Source of the DNA: Tubulanus polymorphus
Taxonomy: Eukaryota > Animalia > Nemertea
Length of the DNA stretch: 64,000 nucleotides
Direction of reading: 5' to 3'
Assembly (NCBI RefSeq): GCF_964204645.1
Contig: NC_134030.1
Coordinates: forward strand, 15,314,110-15,378,109
This document shows positions 41,128 to 53,500 of this stretch, in pieces. The stretch's first letter is position 1. Each line of letters begins with the position of its first letter. The position numbers and the translations under genes were made by a program. The notes beneath the pieces were generated by a model. The model made no database searches. It was given only the letters and a program-made list of their open reading frames with translations, and was not told where the DNA came from.

Positions 41128-44100
41128 AAAGATGATATATTAGAAACTAAATTAGATGAATTAAAGAATGCAAAAGAAACATACAAATGTGATACATGTA
41201 ATCAATCATTCAGTGATAAAAGATATTATAAAGAACATTTAAAATCTAAAAGTCATATTGGAAATATGAATAATGATATTTTAGGTGAAGATTATTTTGA
41301 TAATGATAAAGATAATAAACATAAGACAATTAAAAAATAAATTAAACAATAAAAGACCATACATGGAAGATGTAAGAAATTATATTAATTCATTAGATAA
41401 TAAAAAAGATATAGAGATAACCGAAGCATTTAAAAGTGATATTGGTCCAGCAGCTATCGAGTTTAAATTTCATAAAGGAAAAACATTAGAAGAAAATAAA
41501 AACATTTAGAAAATATGAAAAATATTATAAAAATAATTACTGATGTTGAATATCCTAAAATAAGTATATCAGTTAAAGTAAAGTTTATAAAATCTGAAGA
41601 TAAACCAATATATAATATAAATTCTCATTCACAACAAATTATTTCAAAACAACATGTAGATGATAAATTAGATAAATGTTATAATGAAGTAAAAACTAAA
41701 ATAGAAGAGAAATATTTTGAAGGATCTGGTTTAATATTTGACGAAATAATATTTATGACTTTACATGTTTATAACACAAAATATAATAAGTTAACTAAAT
41801 CAAAACCAATCGATGAAAATAATGTATCATATTATAAAGAACCAGATATTGAAGCATCGAGTTATATCAAACTACCATTTAAAACTAATGCTGTTATAAA
41901 CGTACAAAATTTTGATGATAAATGTTTTCTATGGGCTATAATAAGTTGTTTACATCCAACAGAAGATATTACACATAGTTTTAGATTAACTCATTATAAA
42001 CCATTTGAAAATAATTATAAGATAGATAAGTATCCTGTTAGAATTAAAAACATCCCAAAAATAGAAAGAGATAATAATATAAAGATTAATGTATTTGATT
42101 TAATCAAATTACCAAATACAAAAGGTAACAATATAAAACATTATACATTAGAACCTTTATATCTATCAAAAGATTATGATTCAAACGATGTTATAGATAT
42201 ACTATATTATGAGAATCATTATATGTGGATTAAACAAATCGATTTATTTTTCAAATCAGAAAATGATCACCATAAAATATATCTTTGTAGAAAATGTTTA
42301 CATAGATTCAGTAATGAAAGAACGTTATTAAATCATAAACAATTATGTGAAAATCATGATTATTGTAAATCAGTTTTACCAAATGAAAAAGATAAAATAT
42401 TAGAATTCAAAAAATATGATTACAAAAATAAAGTACCATTTGTAATATATGGAGATTTTGAATCATTAAATAAAGAATTAACTGATCAAGATAGAAAAGA
42501 TATATATTATAAAAGAAAGAAATTAAATTCTAATGAAAATGATTTTTCAGATGAACCACCAAAAACAAATACTATTAAAAAGATTCATCAATCAGCTGCA
42601 GCTTTCGGGTTATATATTAAATCTGATTATCCAGAACTAATTGAAAGTGAATATTATAATTATAGAAATGAAAATGTTATCAATCATTTTTGTGACTTAT
42701 TAATTGAATATGAAATAAAATTTAATGAAAAGTTAAATAAAAATATAGAAATTATAATGACAGAAGAAGATAAAGAAGCATTTGCGTTTGCAGATAAATG
42801 TTATTATTGTGAAAAGATATTTGATTATAAAGATAAAAAAGTAAGAGACCATGATCATTTGAATGGAAAGTTTAGAGGCGCTGCACATGAGAATTGTAAC
42901 TTACAAGCTAAGAAAATTAACTTTGTACCAGTTATATTTCATAATCTATCAGGATATGATGCACATTTATTCATCAAACAGTTATGCTATAAAATAGAAG
43001 AAATCAATAATGAAATAGAAAGATTAAATTCAAATAGATCAAAAGATAAAATACCAACTTATAAATTTAGAATGTTAGCTTAAACATCTGAGAATTATAT
43101 ATCATTCCAATTTGGTTGCCTAAGATTTATAGATTCATATAGATTTTTAAATAGTTCATTAGATAACTTATCAAAATCATTAGTTGATGATGAATTGAAA
43201 ATATTAAAGCAACACTACCCAAATAATGATGATTTTCAATTAATGAGATATAAAGGAGCAATTCCATATTCTTTCTATAAAAATCATAATGATTTTAACA
43301 TAACTGAATTATTAAAAGAACAATTCTATGATGAATTAAAAAATGAATATGTTAAAGATGAAGTCTATAATAGAACATTGAATATTTGGAATCATTTCAA
43401 AATGAAAAATCATGGGCAATTAGTAGATTTATATTTAAAATCAGATGTATTATTATTAACCGATATATTCGAAAGGTTTAGAGATGTAAACCTAAAATAT
43501 TTTAATATTGATCCTTGTCATTGTTATTCATCACCAGGATTGACATGGGATTGTGGATTAAAATTTACAGATATAAAAATGGATTTGTTAACAAATATAG
43601 ATCAATTATTATTATTTGAAAAATCTATAAGAGGAGGAGTTTCAGGTGTATTAGGTGATAGATATTTCAATGTAAATGATAATCCTGGATATAAGTTATT
43701 ATATATAGATGCAAATAATTTGTATGGTTGGGCAATGATGGAACCACAACCTTATGGAGTATTTGAATTAACTGAAGTTTTACAGAATGAAAATAATGAT
43801 AAATTTGATTGGAAGAAAAGAATTCTAGATATTGCAGATGATTCAGATACTGGTTACTTCTTTGTTGTAGATTTAGAATATCCTGAACATATTAAATTTA
43901 AATCTAGAAATCTAGCATACTGTCCCGAACATAAAACTGTAACTCATGAAGAATTATCAAATTACCAAAAAAGAATTAAACCTGAAAATCATATTCATAC
44001 AGAAAAGTTAATGGTAACTCAAGAAGATAAATATAATTATGTAGTACATTATAGAATGTTAAAGTTTTATTTGAATCAAGGAATGATTCTAAAAAAAAGT

Positions 44101-45043
44101 ACATAGATATATTTCGTTTAGTCAATCTAAGTGGTTAGAAAAATATATAGATTTTAACACCAAACAGAGAACTGAAGCTAGAACTGATTTCGAAAAAGAT
44201 TTCTTCAAGTTAATGAATAATGCATTCTATGGTAAGACTTGTGAAAATATTAGAAATAGAAATGATATTGAGTTAGTTAGTAATGGTAAAAGAATTAGAC
44301 ATTTACAAACATAGCCTAAGTTCATTGGTAACAGAATATTTGATGAAAATTTAGCCGCAGTTAAGATGAGAAGAACATCAATGAAATTTAATAAACCAAT
44401 CTATGTTGGCGCTTCAGTTTTAGAATTATCAAAATTACTAATGTATGAATTCTATTATAATGTATTACAACCACTTTTTGGAGAAAAACATATAGAAATA
44501 TTATATTTTGATACTGACAGTTACATATTAAAGATAAAAACTGATAACATAACTGATGATTTAAAAACATTAAAACATCATTTTGATTTTAGTAACCGTC
44601 CTAAAGATCATGAATTGTTTAGCAATGATAATAAAAAAGTTCCCGATAAATTCGAAGATGATTTAGGCGGTGAAGAAATGATTGAATTCATAGGTATTCG
44701 ATCTAAAATGTATTCATATAAAACTAAAGAACATGAAGCTAAAAAGTTAAAAGGAATAACCAAAAGTGTAGTAGAAAAGAATATTCATTTCAAAGATTAC
44801 ATCAATTGTATATTCAATGAAGAAGTTAGAAAACATAAAATGAGATGTTTAAGATCTGAAGATCATGAAATGTTTATTGAAGAGATAGAAAAGATAAGTC
44901 TAAACCCATTTGATGATAAAAGATATATTTTAGATGATGGAATTCATACAGTTGCTTATGGTTGCAATTCAGATGAATACTTAAAATTTAAAAGAGAAGA
45001 AACAAAAGAGAACGAGATAATGAAAAGAATTCTAACGTGTTAA
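41014..45043 (+). pseudogene. Protein-primed DNA polymerase B polyprotein, copy C (C2H2 fingers, TP-like region, vOTU-like protease, exonuclease with EndoVII-like insert, polymerase)
   Basis: CPTC..H..H fingers; KCFLWAI...ENHY; VIYGDFES; CYYC..RDHDHLNGKFRGAAHENCN; motifs A/B/C. Broken near 41335, 41500, 43081, 44095 and 44311. Confidence 0.95.
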
Positions 45044-45072
45044 TCAAATTTTAATAAAAATATGTTATTAAA

Positions 45073-45426
45073 ATGGAGAGTAAACAAGCACACAGTGAGA
45101 ACAACAAATTATTTCTAGATAGAATTAAAGATATAACAAATGTAAAATCTGTAGATCATAAATTCAAAAAGTTGACAGAATTAACAATCCATAAGAAATA
45201 TCTAATTACAAATATTGATACAGTTGCTAACAAACATGGAGATAAATTAGTTATACACTTAGAATATGAAGGATTAAAAGGAAATACATATAAATTCAGA
45301 ACATATTTACCGGATAGATTTCATAGATTATCAGGTGAAGATTTAGAAGAATTATGTTCTGGAGATTTCTATTTCGTATACAAAGGTAAGAATGAAAAAG
45401 GGCACCATGAAATAGATTTCGAATAA
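45073..45426 (+). CDS. 117-aa protein, possibly OB-fold ssDNA-binding
   Basis: Intact, conserved in three copies, directly after pPolB, beta-rich pattern. Function is inferred. Confidence 0.55.
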   Translation: MESKQAHSENNKLFLDRIKDITNVKSVDHKFKKLTELTIHKKYLITNIDTVANKHGDKLVIHLEYEGLKGNTYKFRTYLPDRFHRLSGEDLEELCSGDFYFVYKGKNEKGHHEIDFE

Positions 45427-45440
45427 AATATGTAAAATAA

Positions 45441-46190
45441 ATGGTGGAATTAAAAGAATACAGAATATTTGTTGATTCTAGAAGACTTACAAATTATAAA
45501 TCACATAATTTACTAGTACAATTAGAATTTAAGAATTGTGTTGATTTAAAGTTAGTTAATATAAGTTTATGTAATTCTTTTTACAATGTATCGGATAAAA
45601 CTTTTGAACATAGAGGGTTTATGATTTATATGAGAAATAAAGATAAATGGTTTCATATATTTTTAAAACCAGGATTATATAATTTAGAATCATTAGCGCT
45701 GGAAATTAATAGAAGAGCTCGGTTGAAAATCGGGGGCACTTCTGTATTTGAAATTAAATTTAATAAAATTGATAGTACTAATAAAATTAGAATAAAGATA
45801 TCTAATGAACAACATAAATTTATGGTAAACAAACCACTGGCTAAAATGTTAGGAATTAAACCGCTTACAGTTACTGGAAATGCAGAAGGCAGCTCAAATA
45901 TAATACCTTTTACACACTTTTATATTTATTGCAATTTAATCGAGCCTACAAAAACTTTCGAAGCAACTAAAGAAACAATTTGTAATTCTAGTATACTAAA
46001 TATTTTACCGCTAAAAAATGTTAAACAATTTGGAACTCAAATAAATTATAATTTAACAGAATGTGATTTCAAACCTTGTATTCCAAAATTTAATAATTTT
46101 AAGTTAGAAATAAGAAATCACAATGGATATTTAATTGATTTGAATAACTTTCCTGTGATATATGAATTAATTATAAGATGTAGAGAGTAA
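45441..46190 (+). CDS. Minor capsid protein (penton, single jelly-roll)
   Basis: IFVDSR..., PGLYNLESL..EIN, FYIYCNLI, LEIRNHNGYLIDLNNFPVIYELIIR pattern typical of Polinton/virophage pentons. Confidence 0.8.
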   Translation: MVELKEYRIFVDSRRLTNYKSHNLLVQLEFKNCVDLKLVNISLCNSFYNVSDKTFEHRGFMIYMRNKDKWFHIFLKPGLYNLESLALEINRRARLKIGGTSVFEIKFNKIDSTNKIRIKISNEQHKFMVNKPLAKMLGIKPLTVTGNAEGSSNIIPFTHFYIYCNLIEPTKTFEATKETICNSSILNILPLKNVKQFGTQINYNLTECDFKPCIPKFNNFKLEIRNHNGYLIDLNNFPVIYELIIRCRE

Positions 46191-46206
46191 TTTTTTCATT
46201 ATATAA

Positions 46207-46564
46207 ATGAATATAACTGTTGGACCGAGTATATGTTTTGGGTTTGATTTTAAACATGAGAAATAAATGAAATTTAACATTAATGATGTAATTACACATA
46301 TCAAAAATATTGCATTTTCTAATGAAACAACATTTGAGTATGAAACAACAATAGATAAAGAAACTTTAAATGTAGAAAAGATTACTAATTTAATTAGAGA
46401 ATCTTTAAGATTTTATGAATTAGATGAAGATTTTATCATCGATGATATTAAAAAAAATAATAATTGAAATATATACAAATGAAACTAGTAATGAAATAAA
46501 TGTTGAATTAATCATAAATAAGATAACTAAATATTTTGATGATAGTAATTTTTTGGATAAATAA
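46207..46564 (+). pseudogene. Unknown 118-aa protein (broken here; intact at 32940 and 63283)
   Basis: Comparison between copies. Confidence 0.75.
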
Positions 46565-46786
46565 ATGAGTGATAATAAGTGGATAATAACTGGATTATAT
46601 AACGGCGCATTACTATCAGTTGGAACTGTTGGTTATTCAATGGTATTAAAAAAAGTATTCAAAATGGGAAGTGTTAATGTTGATAGATTTGATATAAATG
46701 ATATTTTAAAATTAACATTAGCAGTTACTTTATCTAATTTAACTATTGATTATTTGGAAAAACAAAAATATATTCCTCCCATATAA
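46565..46786 (+). CDS. 73-aa hydrophobic protein
   Basis: Also intact at 63640; two hydrophobic stretches. Confidence 0.75.
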   Translation: MSDNKWIITGLYNGALLSVGTVGYSMVLKKVFKMGSVNVDRFDINDILKLTLAVTLSNLTIDYLEKQKYIPPI

Positions 46787-46811
46787 ATGCATAATTTTTT
46801 ATGCTAAATAA

Positions 46812-47234
46812 ATGGCTTCTGCAATTATAACTATTATAGGATCGGCAATTGTTAACGCTTTAGCATTTACTGGTGGTGGATATTTATTTAAACATATTGA
46901 TAAAAATAGTTCATTAGGAGAACAAAGAAGACATAACTTAGCGTTAGAGAAATATAATAAAGCTGCAGAAGAATATAGAGAAAAGAGACAAAACTATATG
47001 GATTACATCAATAAAGAATTATATGATCAGAAGATTTCACATAGAGATTTTCAATCAGTTGATGATGCAATGAGTTTATATAACGCGGTAACCAATAAAG
47101 AAAAATTACATCTATACAAACCTAAATTATCAGATTATTATACCCCAAGTAAAGAACAACAGAAATATGAAATAATATGGATTTTAGGTGGAACTGTTAT
47201 TGTTATATTTGTTGCTTATAAATTTACTAATTAG
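46812..47234 (+). CDS. 140-aa predicted membrane protein
   Basis: Hydrophobic N-terminus and C-terminal IIWILGGTVIVIFVAY; intact in three copies. Confidence 0.8.
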   Translation: MASAIITIIGSAIVNALAFTGGGYLFKHIDKNSSLGEQRRHNLALEKYNKAAEEYREKRQNYMDYINKELYDQKISHRDFQSVDDAMSLYNAVTNKEKLHLYKPKLSDYYTPSKEQQKYEIIWILGGTVIVIFVAYKFTN

Positions 47235-47254
47235 TAATTTTTTTTGCTAAATAA

Positions 47255-47689
47255 ATGGAAGATAAAGTTGATAGTATTGATATTATTCCTCATGATATAA
47301 ATAAAACTAAATTAAAAACATATTTAGAAAAACAAATATTAGAATTTGAAAATGACTTAAAAGTTAAAAAGAAAAAATATTTAAAAAGTAAAATTATATA
47401 TTATTTGATTATAAGTGGTTCGGTTACAATTAGTTCTGTAATAACATTTTTAGCAATATTCAGCCCATTAACACCTTTAGCTATATCAATTGGTGTGTTA
47501 GGATTAAGTTCAAGTGTTTTAACTGGTATAAGTTCAAAATTAAATATAAAAAGTAATAAAGAAAAAATTAAAACTAATATAAAAGAAATTAATAAATTAA
47601 AGAACACACTAGATTATATCATAAGTTTAAATGGTCATATAACAGTTGAAGAACAAGATAAATTATTAAAAGAATTAATAAATTATTAA
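47255..47689 (+). CDS. 144-aa predicted two-TM protein
   Basis: Central hydrophobic hairpin flanked by Lys-rich helices. Confidence 0.75.
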   Translation: MEDKVDSIDIIPHDINKTKLKTYLEKQILEFENDLKVKKKKYLKSKIIYYLIISGSVTISSVITFLAIFSPLTPLAISIGVLGLSSSVLTGISSKLNIKSNKEKIKTNIKEINKLKNTLDYIISLNGHITVEEQDKLLKELINY

Positions 47690-47705
47690 TTTTTTAATTA
47701 TATAA

Positions 47706-49094
47706 ATGGTAGATAGTTTTCCAAAAGCTTTCCAATATAATAAATCAATTAAATATAATATTCCAGCAATAGATTTTAATAAAGATATTACATATAGAAA
47801 TGAAGTTTTAGATTCATTAACTAATTTAGAAATTTATGTTACTGAAACTAATAATTTTAATGCAAAGATGGAAAATATATTTCATGTATATTTAATTAAT
47901 TTTAAAAAATTGAAAGATGAAAAACAATGGTTATTAAAATCTAATATGAAGTATTGGCAGAACCAATTAAATTTTGCTGTTTATTGTTCAACAACAGGAT
48001 GTGGAATAAGTTGGAATGATCATTTGAATAATTCTAAATATAAACTAATTCAAAAATTATTTAGATTTCATACATACTTTCAAATCAGAATAATATTAAA
48101 TGAATTAGAGTGCGCTTTACCAGGATCAAGATATTTTAAAGAATTAGATAATAATAATAATTTATCTAAGTTTTATAAAATTTGCAATGAATTTAATATA
48201 GATATAAATAATTCTGATTTTAGAACAAAAATTGGAACAATAAGATCACTTCCTTGCCCTAAAAAGATTGCAGAATATTTTTACTTCCCATACCATCTAA
48301 TAGCTTTTATAATATCTATAATAATAAATTAGGTTATGGTAAAATAGAAACTAAGGATTTAGAAACATTAAATTTCAATAAATTACCGAAATGTTATGAT
48401 CATTTAAAACAAGAAAACAATAATGGTTGGGTTTATTTTATTTTAGAAAATAGTGAAGGTTTTACTAAATCAGGTATAGAAAGAATAAATCAATCTATTA
48501 GAACTTATTTGATTTGTATTCTAGGATCACAAGTTGAAACAAGATCACCGATAATTGGAAATTTGAATACATCATTTGATACACAGAAACAATTTAAAGT
48601 TTTATTTGAAGATTCCATTCATAATGATAAAATAGATCGATTCCAGAAAACATTATAAGATATCAAAATTATTTAGATAAATCTCATATAAGACTTAATT
48701 ATTATATAGGCCCTAATCTATTAATTATTTCTAATGATTTAGTATTAAAGATGGGAAACATAATTGGTTATAATAATCTAATTAAAACTGCAACAATAAA
48801 TAATTCATTTGGGTTAAATGATATAAATAAAAAGATTATCACTGCTCCAAAATTAATGGAAGGTGTAAAAAATAAAAAAAACACATTCAATCAACAGAAA
48901 CTAAAACTAATAATATCAAATTAAATAATGATTCTAAAATAAAAGATTACAATACATCAGAAAATAATAGAACTGATATTATTCAACATGATATAATTAA
49001 ACTAAATGATGATAATAAATCCCATGAAAATGCTAAATTAGCTATAACTTGTATAGGAATTGTAATCGGAGGAATATTATATTTTAAATTTTAA
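47706..49094 (+). pseudogene. Unknown protein with C-terminal TM anchor (disrupted)
   Basis: Homolog of 34435-35766; WQNQLNFAVYCxTTGCGIS conserved. Confidence 0.7.
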
Positions 49095-49110
49095 TTTTTT
49101 TGTTATGTAA

Positions 49111-50579
49111 ATGGATGTAGAAGGTGGAGAAGATTATGAAATGGAAAACATGGGAAATAATGATGATGCCAATACTAACAATGATGATTATATGACTGCT
49201 GATACTAATATTGATAATGATAATGATACAACATGTAATTCTAATTTAGCAGATAGTGGTTCTAAAGTCCCATCAACAGATGAATTTGATAGAAGAACTA
49301 GATCGAGAATAAATCCTGAAAATGAAAATCCATATTTAATAAGACAAGATTTAGAAAATATAAACCAAGCGCGTAGATTACAACATATATTTGAAAGATC
49401 TTAATATAATATAAATTTTAGAGACGCCAGAATTTTAGCACAAAATTTAGAATTTTTAGATGATGAATATTATTATCATTTGACTGGTGATTATTATATT
49501 GATATCTCTTATAAAAAAACAAAACAAAATATTAAAAGAATCAACTTTGCTTAAGTTAGACCTATCTAGAATTAAAAGAATAAGAAATAGTAATGAAATA
49601 GAAAATGTAACACAAGAAGAAATTATTAAAAATGAAAGAGTATTTAAACAAAGACTTAATGAATTATTTGAAACAATCAAAAATAATTCAAAAACAGAAA
49701 CAACTTCTGAACACAATAAAACATCCAAAACTAGTAAAATTAAATCAAACGAAGTTCAAACTGAAAAACTTTTACCGAATGGATTACTTGATGCAACAGA
49801 TCAGCAATTAGAAGATTTAAATATATTTTCTGATGAAGCAATTAGAGAAATTATTAGTATAAGAAATGAAGCTGATAAAATTGCACATAATAAAAGTATA
49901 AGAGATCAAAAAATTATGTATTTGGAAAAAGAATTAACTAATGCAAATAAAGAAATAGAACAAATAAAGTCTGATTTAGATCATCAAGTAATTGATGAAA
50001 TAGAATATAGGCAAAAAGAATTACGTTTAGAAAAAGAAATTAATAATTTAAAAGATAATTTAGAAGTACAGAAAGAAGAAATTAAATTATCATTAAAATC
50101 ATATGATTATAATATTAATAGATTAAAAGTTATTTTTAAAGATTTGTTGATTAAACCAAATTCTGAAATATCATTAAAAGATAGAATAAAGTTATTATTT
50201 AAATTAGAAGGAATAACAATTCTTTCAATTCTAACAGCTGTAACTATGTTATTTACAACAATAGGTTTAGCTATATCAAATGCTTTAAAATCTACTCCTA
50301 CTCCCACTCCCAATAAACCAGATAAACCTCCAGGTAATAATTCTATACAAGATAAAGTTAAGGATGGTTTAAAGAAATTAGCAAAATATTTATGGGAACT
50401 ATCTAAAAAATCTGCTGCAGCATTTGCCAGGAGTTATTGCATCAATTGTTGGTTTTATATTGAAATCTGCAGGAAACATTATTAACTTTGCTGCTGAACA
50501 TATTATTTTATTTTTAATTACAGTTGTAAGTGCAATTATTTTTGGTTTAGTAAATATAATATCAAAAAATATCAAGTAA
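49111..50579 (+). pseudogene. Acidic/coiled-coil protein with C-terminal TM segments (disrupted)
   Basis: Homolog of 35783-37214. Confidence 0.7.
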
Positions 50580-50645
50580 CCATGATATCAAAAGATATCA
50601 AGTAAACCTGATCAAAAATAAATAATTAATTTTTTTGTTAAATAA

Positions 50646-51893
50646 ATGAGTGGGAGTTATATCATTCCTTCGAAGAATCATAGAATATCTAATGCTATTA
50701 AAGCAGAAAGATCACATCGTATAATTACTCATAACCCTTCAAATATTAATCCCGATGAAACTTTATACGTTAGAATCCCTCGATTAACAAAAAATACTTT
50801 TTATGTTCCAAATAGTATTTAATTATCGGCCGATATAAAAGTAATCGGTAACAATAATAATTATGTTGTTGATAATGTTGGAAGATATTTGATTAAAAAG
50901 TTAACAATAAAGATTGGTCCAGAAACAGTTTTCTCATTAGATGATTATAATTTATTTATGCATTATAAAGATTTATGGTTAACTAAAGAAAATAGAAATA
51001 ATATGATATTTCAAGGCATCCAATCAGAAAACCAAAATAAATTAAGATCAGAAGCTAATAGCGCAATATTAACTAATGCTGTAGATAAATTGATAAAAAG
51101 TATATATGGAAGCAAATATAAAATTCCATTAGACTTTGAATTGATAAATAATAATGCACCTTTATATAAATACGCAATTCAAGAAGACGTTATATTCGAG
51201 ATAACATTTGCTCCTGTAAATGAAATTGTATTATCTAGCGTTAATAAAGATATGAGTTATAAATTATCGAATATATGTTTAGAATATGACACAGTAACTG
51301 ATGAAAATATTTCAAGTATAATTCAAACTAAATACAATCAAGGATTTTCATTATTATATGATTATATTGATAAATTTAAAACTGTAACTATTAATGCAAA
51401 TGATGAAATAATTAATGAGAATATTAACTTCCCAAGAAGATCTATTAAAGGTATATTAATATTTTTTACCATTGCAACATATACTAATGGCGCAATAAAT
51501 GTTGATAATTATTATAATCCTGAAATAACAAAAGTAGAAATAACTATCGAAGGAATAGCAAATAAAATATTTTGTCAAGGAATAAGAATGATTGATCAAT
51601 GGCCAGAAATTAGAAAACATTTTATGAATGAAAAAGTGAAATCATCTGAAAATTGTAACATTAATCAAATTGATTATTATACCGGCAATAGATATGCATT
51701 ATGGTTAGATTTTAGAACAACAGAGGATAATTCATTACATGGTTCTGGAAAAAAACTACAGAACACTAAAGATGGAATACAATTATTCATGACAAAGAAT
51801 AAAGGAATCAAAAATTTTAAAATGCACATTTATATTATATCTGACGCGCAATTAAATATTGTAAATTCACAATTAGATAGTGTTATGTATTAA
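50646..51893 (+). pseudogene. Major capsid protein (double jelly-roll), one premature stop at about 50820
   Basis: About 415 codons in one frame. Beta-strand-rich pattern (LYVRIP, LIKKLTIKIG, YKIPLDFEL, ICLEYD, YALWLDFR), size and position fit. Confidence 0.75.
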
Positions 51894-51925
51894 AATTTTA
51901 ACTTTAATAAAGATATATATAATAA

Positions 51926-52756
51926 ATGGAAGGAGGTAAAGTATATAAACATATTCCATACATCGATACACATGAAAATAATGATGGTTTATATTATGTA
52001 ATACCTTGTAATATAGCTTTGATATTTGATCCTATTTTCAAAATTTATAAAACTAAACTAACAGAAATCGATAATAATAAAAGTGAAGTTGTTGATAATT
52101 TAAGTAATGTAATTGATAATAATGTAATACCTTTTACAGTAATACCTACTACATCTAATAATGTTATACCTACTACATCTAATAATGTAATACCTTCTAC
52201 ATATAATAATGCAATAATATTAAATGTTAGTAAAAATAGAAATTATTGTGATTATTGTAAAGGTGAATTTTCAAACGCTCCATCAAATTGGAATAAACAT
52301 ATGAATATAAAGGTACATATTACTAATGTTATAGAACGTGTTGGTTTAAAAGAATTTATAGAACACCCATTTAGATATGTTACAAAATTTGTTTCAAATC
52401 AAAAAGTAAATGGTAAAGAATTATATAAAGATTTATTATTAGCAACACCTAATAAAGATGAATTAGATCTAACCGATGCTAATGAAATATTAGAATCAAA
52501 CACTGAAAATGAAATATTAGGAGCAAACACTAATAAAGATGATAATGAAAATACAGGAAAGCGCATTGATAATAAAGATTCTATGAAACTTAAATCAGAA
52601 AATAAAGATATAGTTGAGCTGCCTAATAAGTATATCAATAAACCAATTATTTATGAAGATACGGTAGAGCATTTGAATAAATTGTTAGGGCCTGATAATG
52701 AATTGGAGAGTGATGATGAAAGTGATTCAGAAATTAATTATCTAACAATCAAATAA
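51926..52756 (+). CDS. 276-aa unknown protein with C2H2-type finger and NNVIPTTS repeats
   Basis: CDYC...HMNIKVH; 24-bp tandem units at about 52118-52210; TAAATG start. Confidence 0.7.
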   Translation: MEGGKVYKHIPYIDTHENNDGLYYVIPCNIALIFDPIFKIYKTKLTEIDNNKSEVVDNLSNVIDNNVIPFTVIPTTSNNVIPTTSNNVIPSTYNNAIILNVSKNRNYCDYCKGEFSNAPSNWNKHMNIKVHITNVIERVGLKEFIEHPFRYVTKFVSNQKVNGKELYKDLLLATPNKDELDLTDANEILESNTENEILGANTNKDDNENTGKRIDNKDSMKLKSENKDIVELPNKYINKPIIYEDTVEHLNKLLGPDNELESDDESDSEINYLTIK

Positions 52757-52888
52757 TAATAAAGGTTGAAAATTGTATAAACTAATAGTAAATAAAAAAG
52801 GGGGTTTTAAGTATTTAAGGTATCTAATAGGGTATCAGGTATTAGGGTATCAGGTATTAGGGTATCTAATACATAGTCATATAAATAG

Positions 52889-53500
52889 TTATTTTATAAA
52901 TTTATATTCATAGGGAAATTGTAGTCTCAGTAATAATTTTGAACCTTTATTATTCTTTAATTTATTCATTTATTCATCATGTAATTCAGTAGGTATAATT
53001 TGATTTTCTTCCAATGATTGTTGCATAGATTTTTTATATTTGTTATAAAATAAAACTAGAAATCTAATGTTTTCTCTAAAGTCTTTAACAATTGTATCAT
53101 ATTTTTGATTTAAAACCCAAGTTGTTATCCCAAAATGTCTCCCAGAGAAAGCTAAATAACATAACTCACTTTCTCTCACTTTTGAATCATGTAAATTTGC
53201 GCAATCATCTACAATGAATAATGTATTTGATCCTTTATAAGTATCAATTGCTATTTTTATACAATTATCTAAATTTTCTTTTACTGTTTTAGGATCTAAT
53301 ATAATAAACTTTTTCATCTTAACTATATCTCTATTATATGTTTTATTCATTTCATAAGTAGGACAAAATAATATTATATTATCAAAATGATTCTTATAAA
53401 TAGTTTCTAACAAGTCTAATATGAAATGTGTTTTACCACAATTGGTTACTCCAGTAACTAACATATTATGCGGTTCAAATATAAATAAATCTTTATTCAT
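52889..53500 (-). pseudogene. A32/FtsK-like genome-packaging ATPase (premature stop at 52970)
   Basis: Walker A GVTNCGKT, Walker B FIVDD, GRHFGITTWVLNQ motif. The frame continues past the stop to 52889. Confidence 0.9.

Noticed and set aside
41014-45043. Programmed frameshifting or stop-codon reassignment in pPolB
   Set aside because: Breaks fall at different positions in copies A, B and C, consistent with decay or sequencing error.
52830-52865. Telomeric TTAGGG repeats
   Set aside because: Only two isolated hexamers inside a 15-bp unit.
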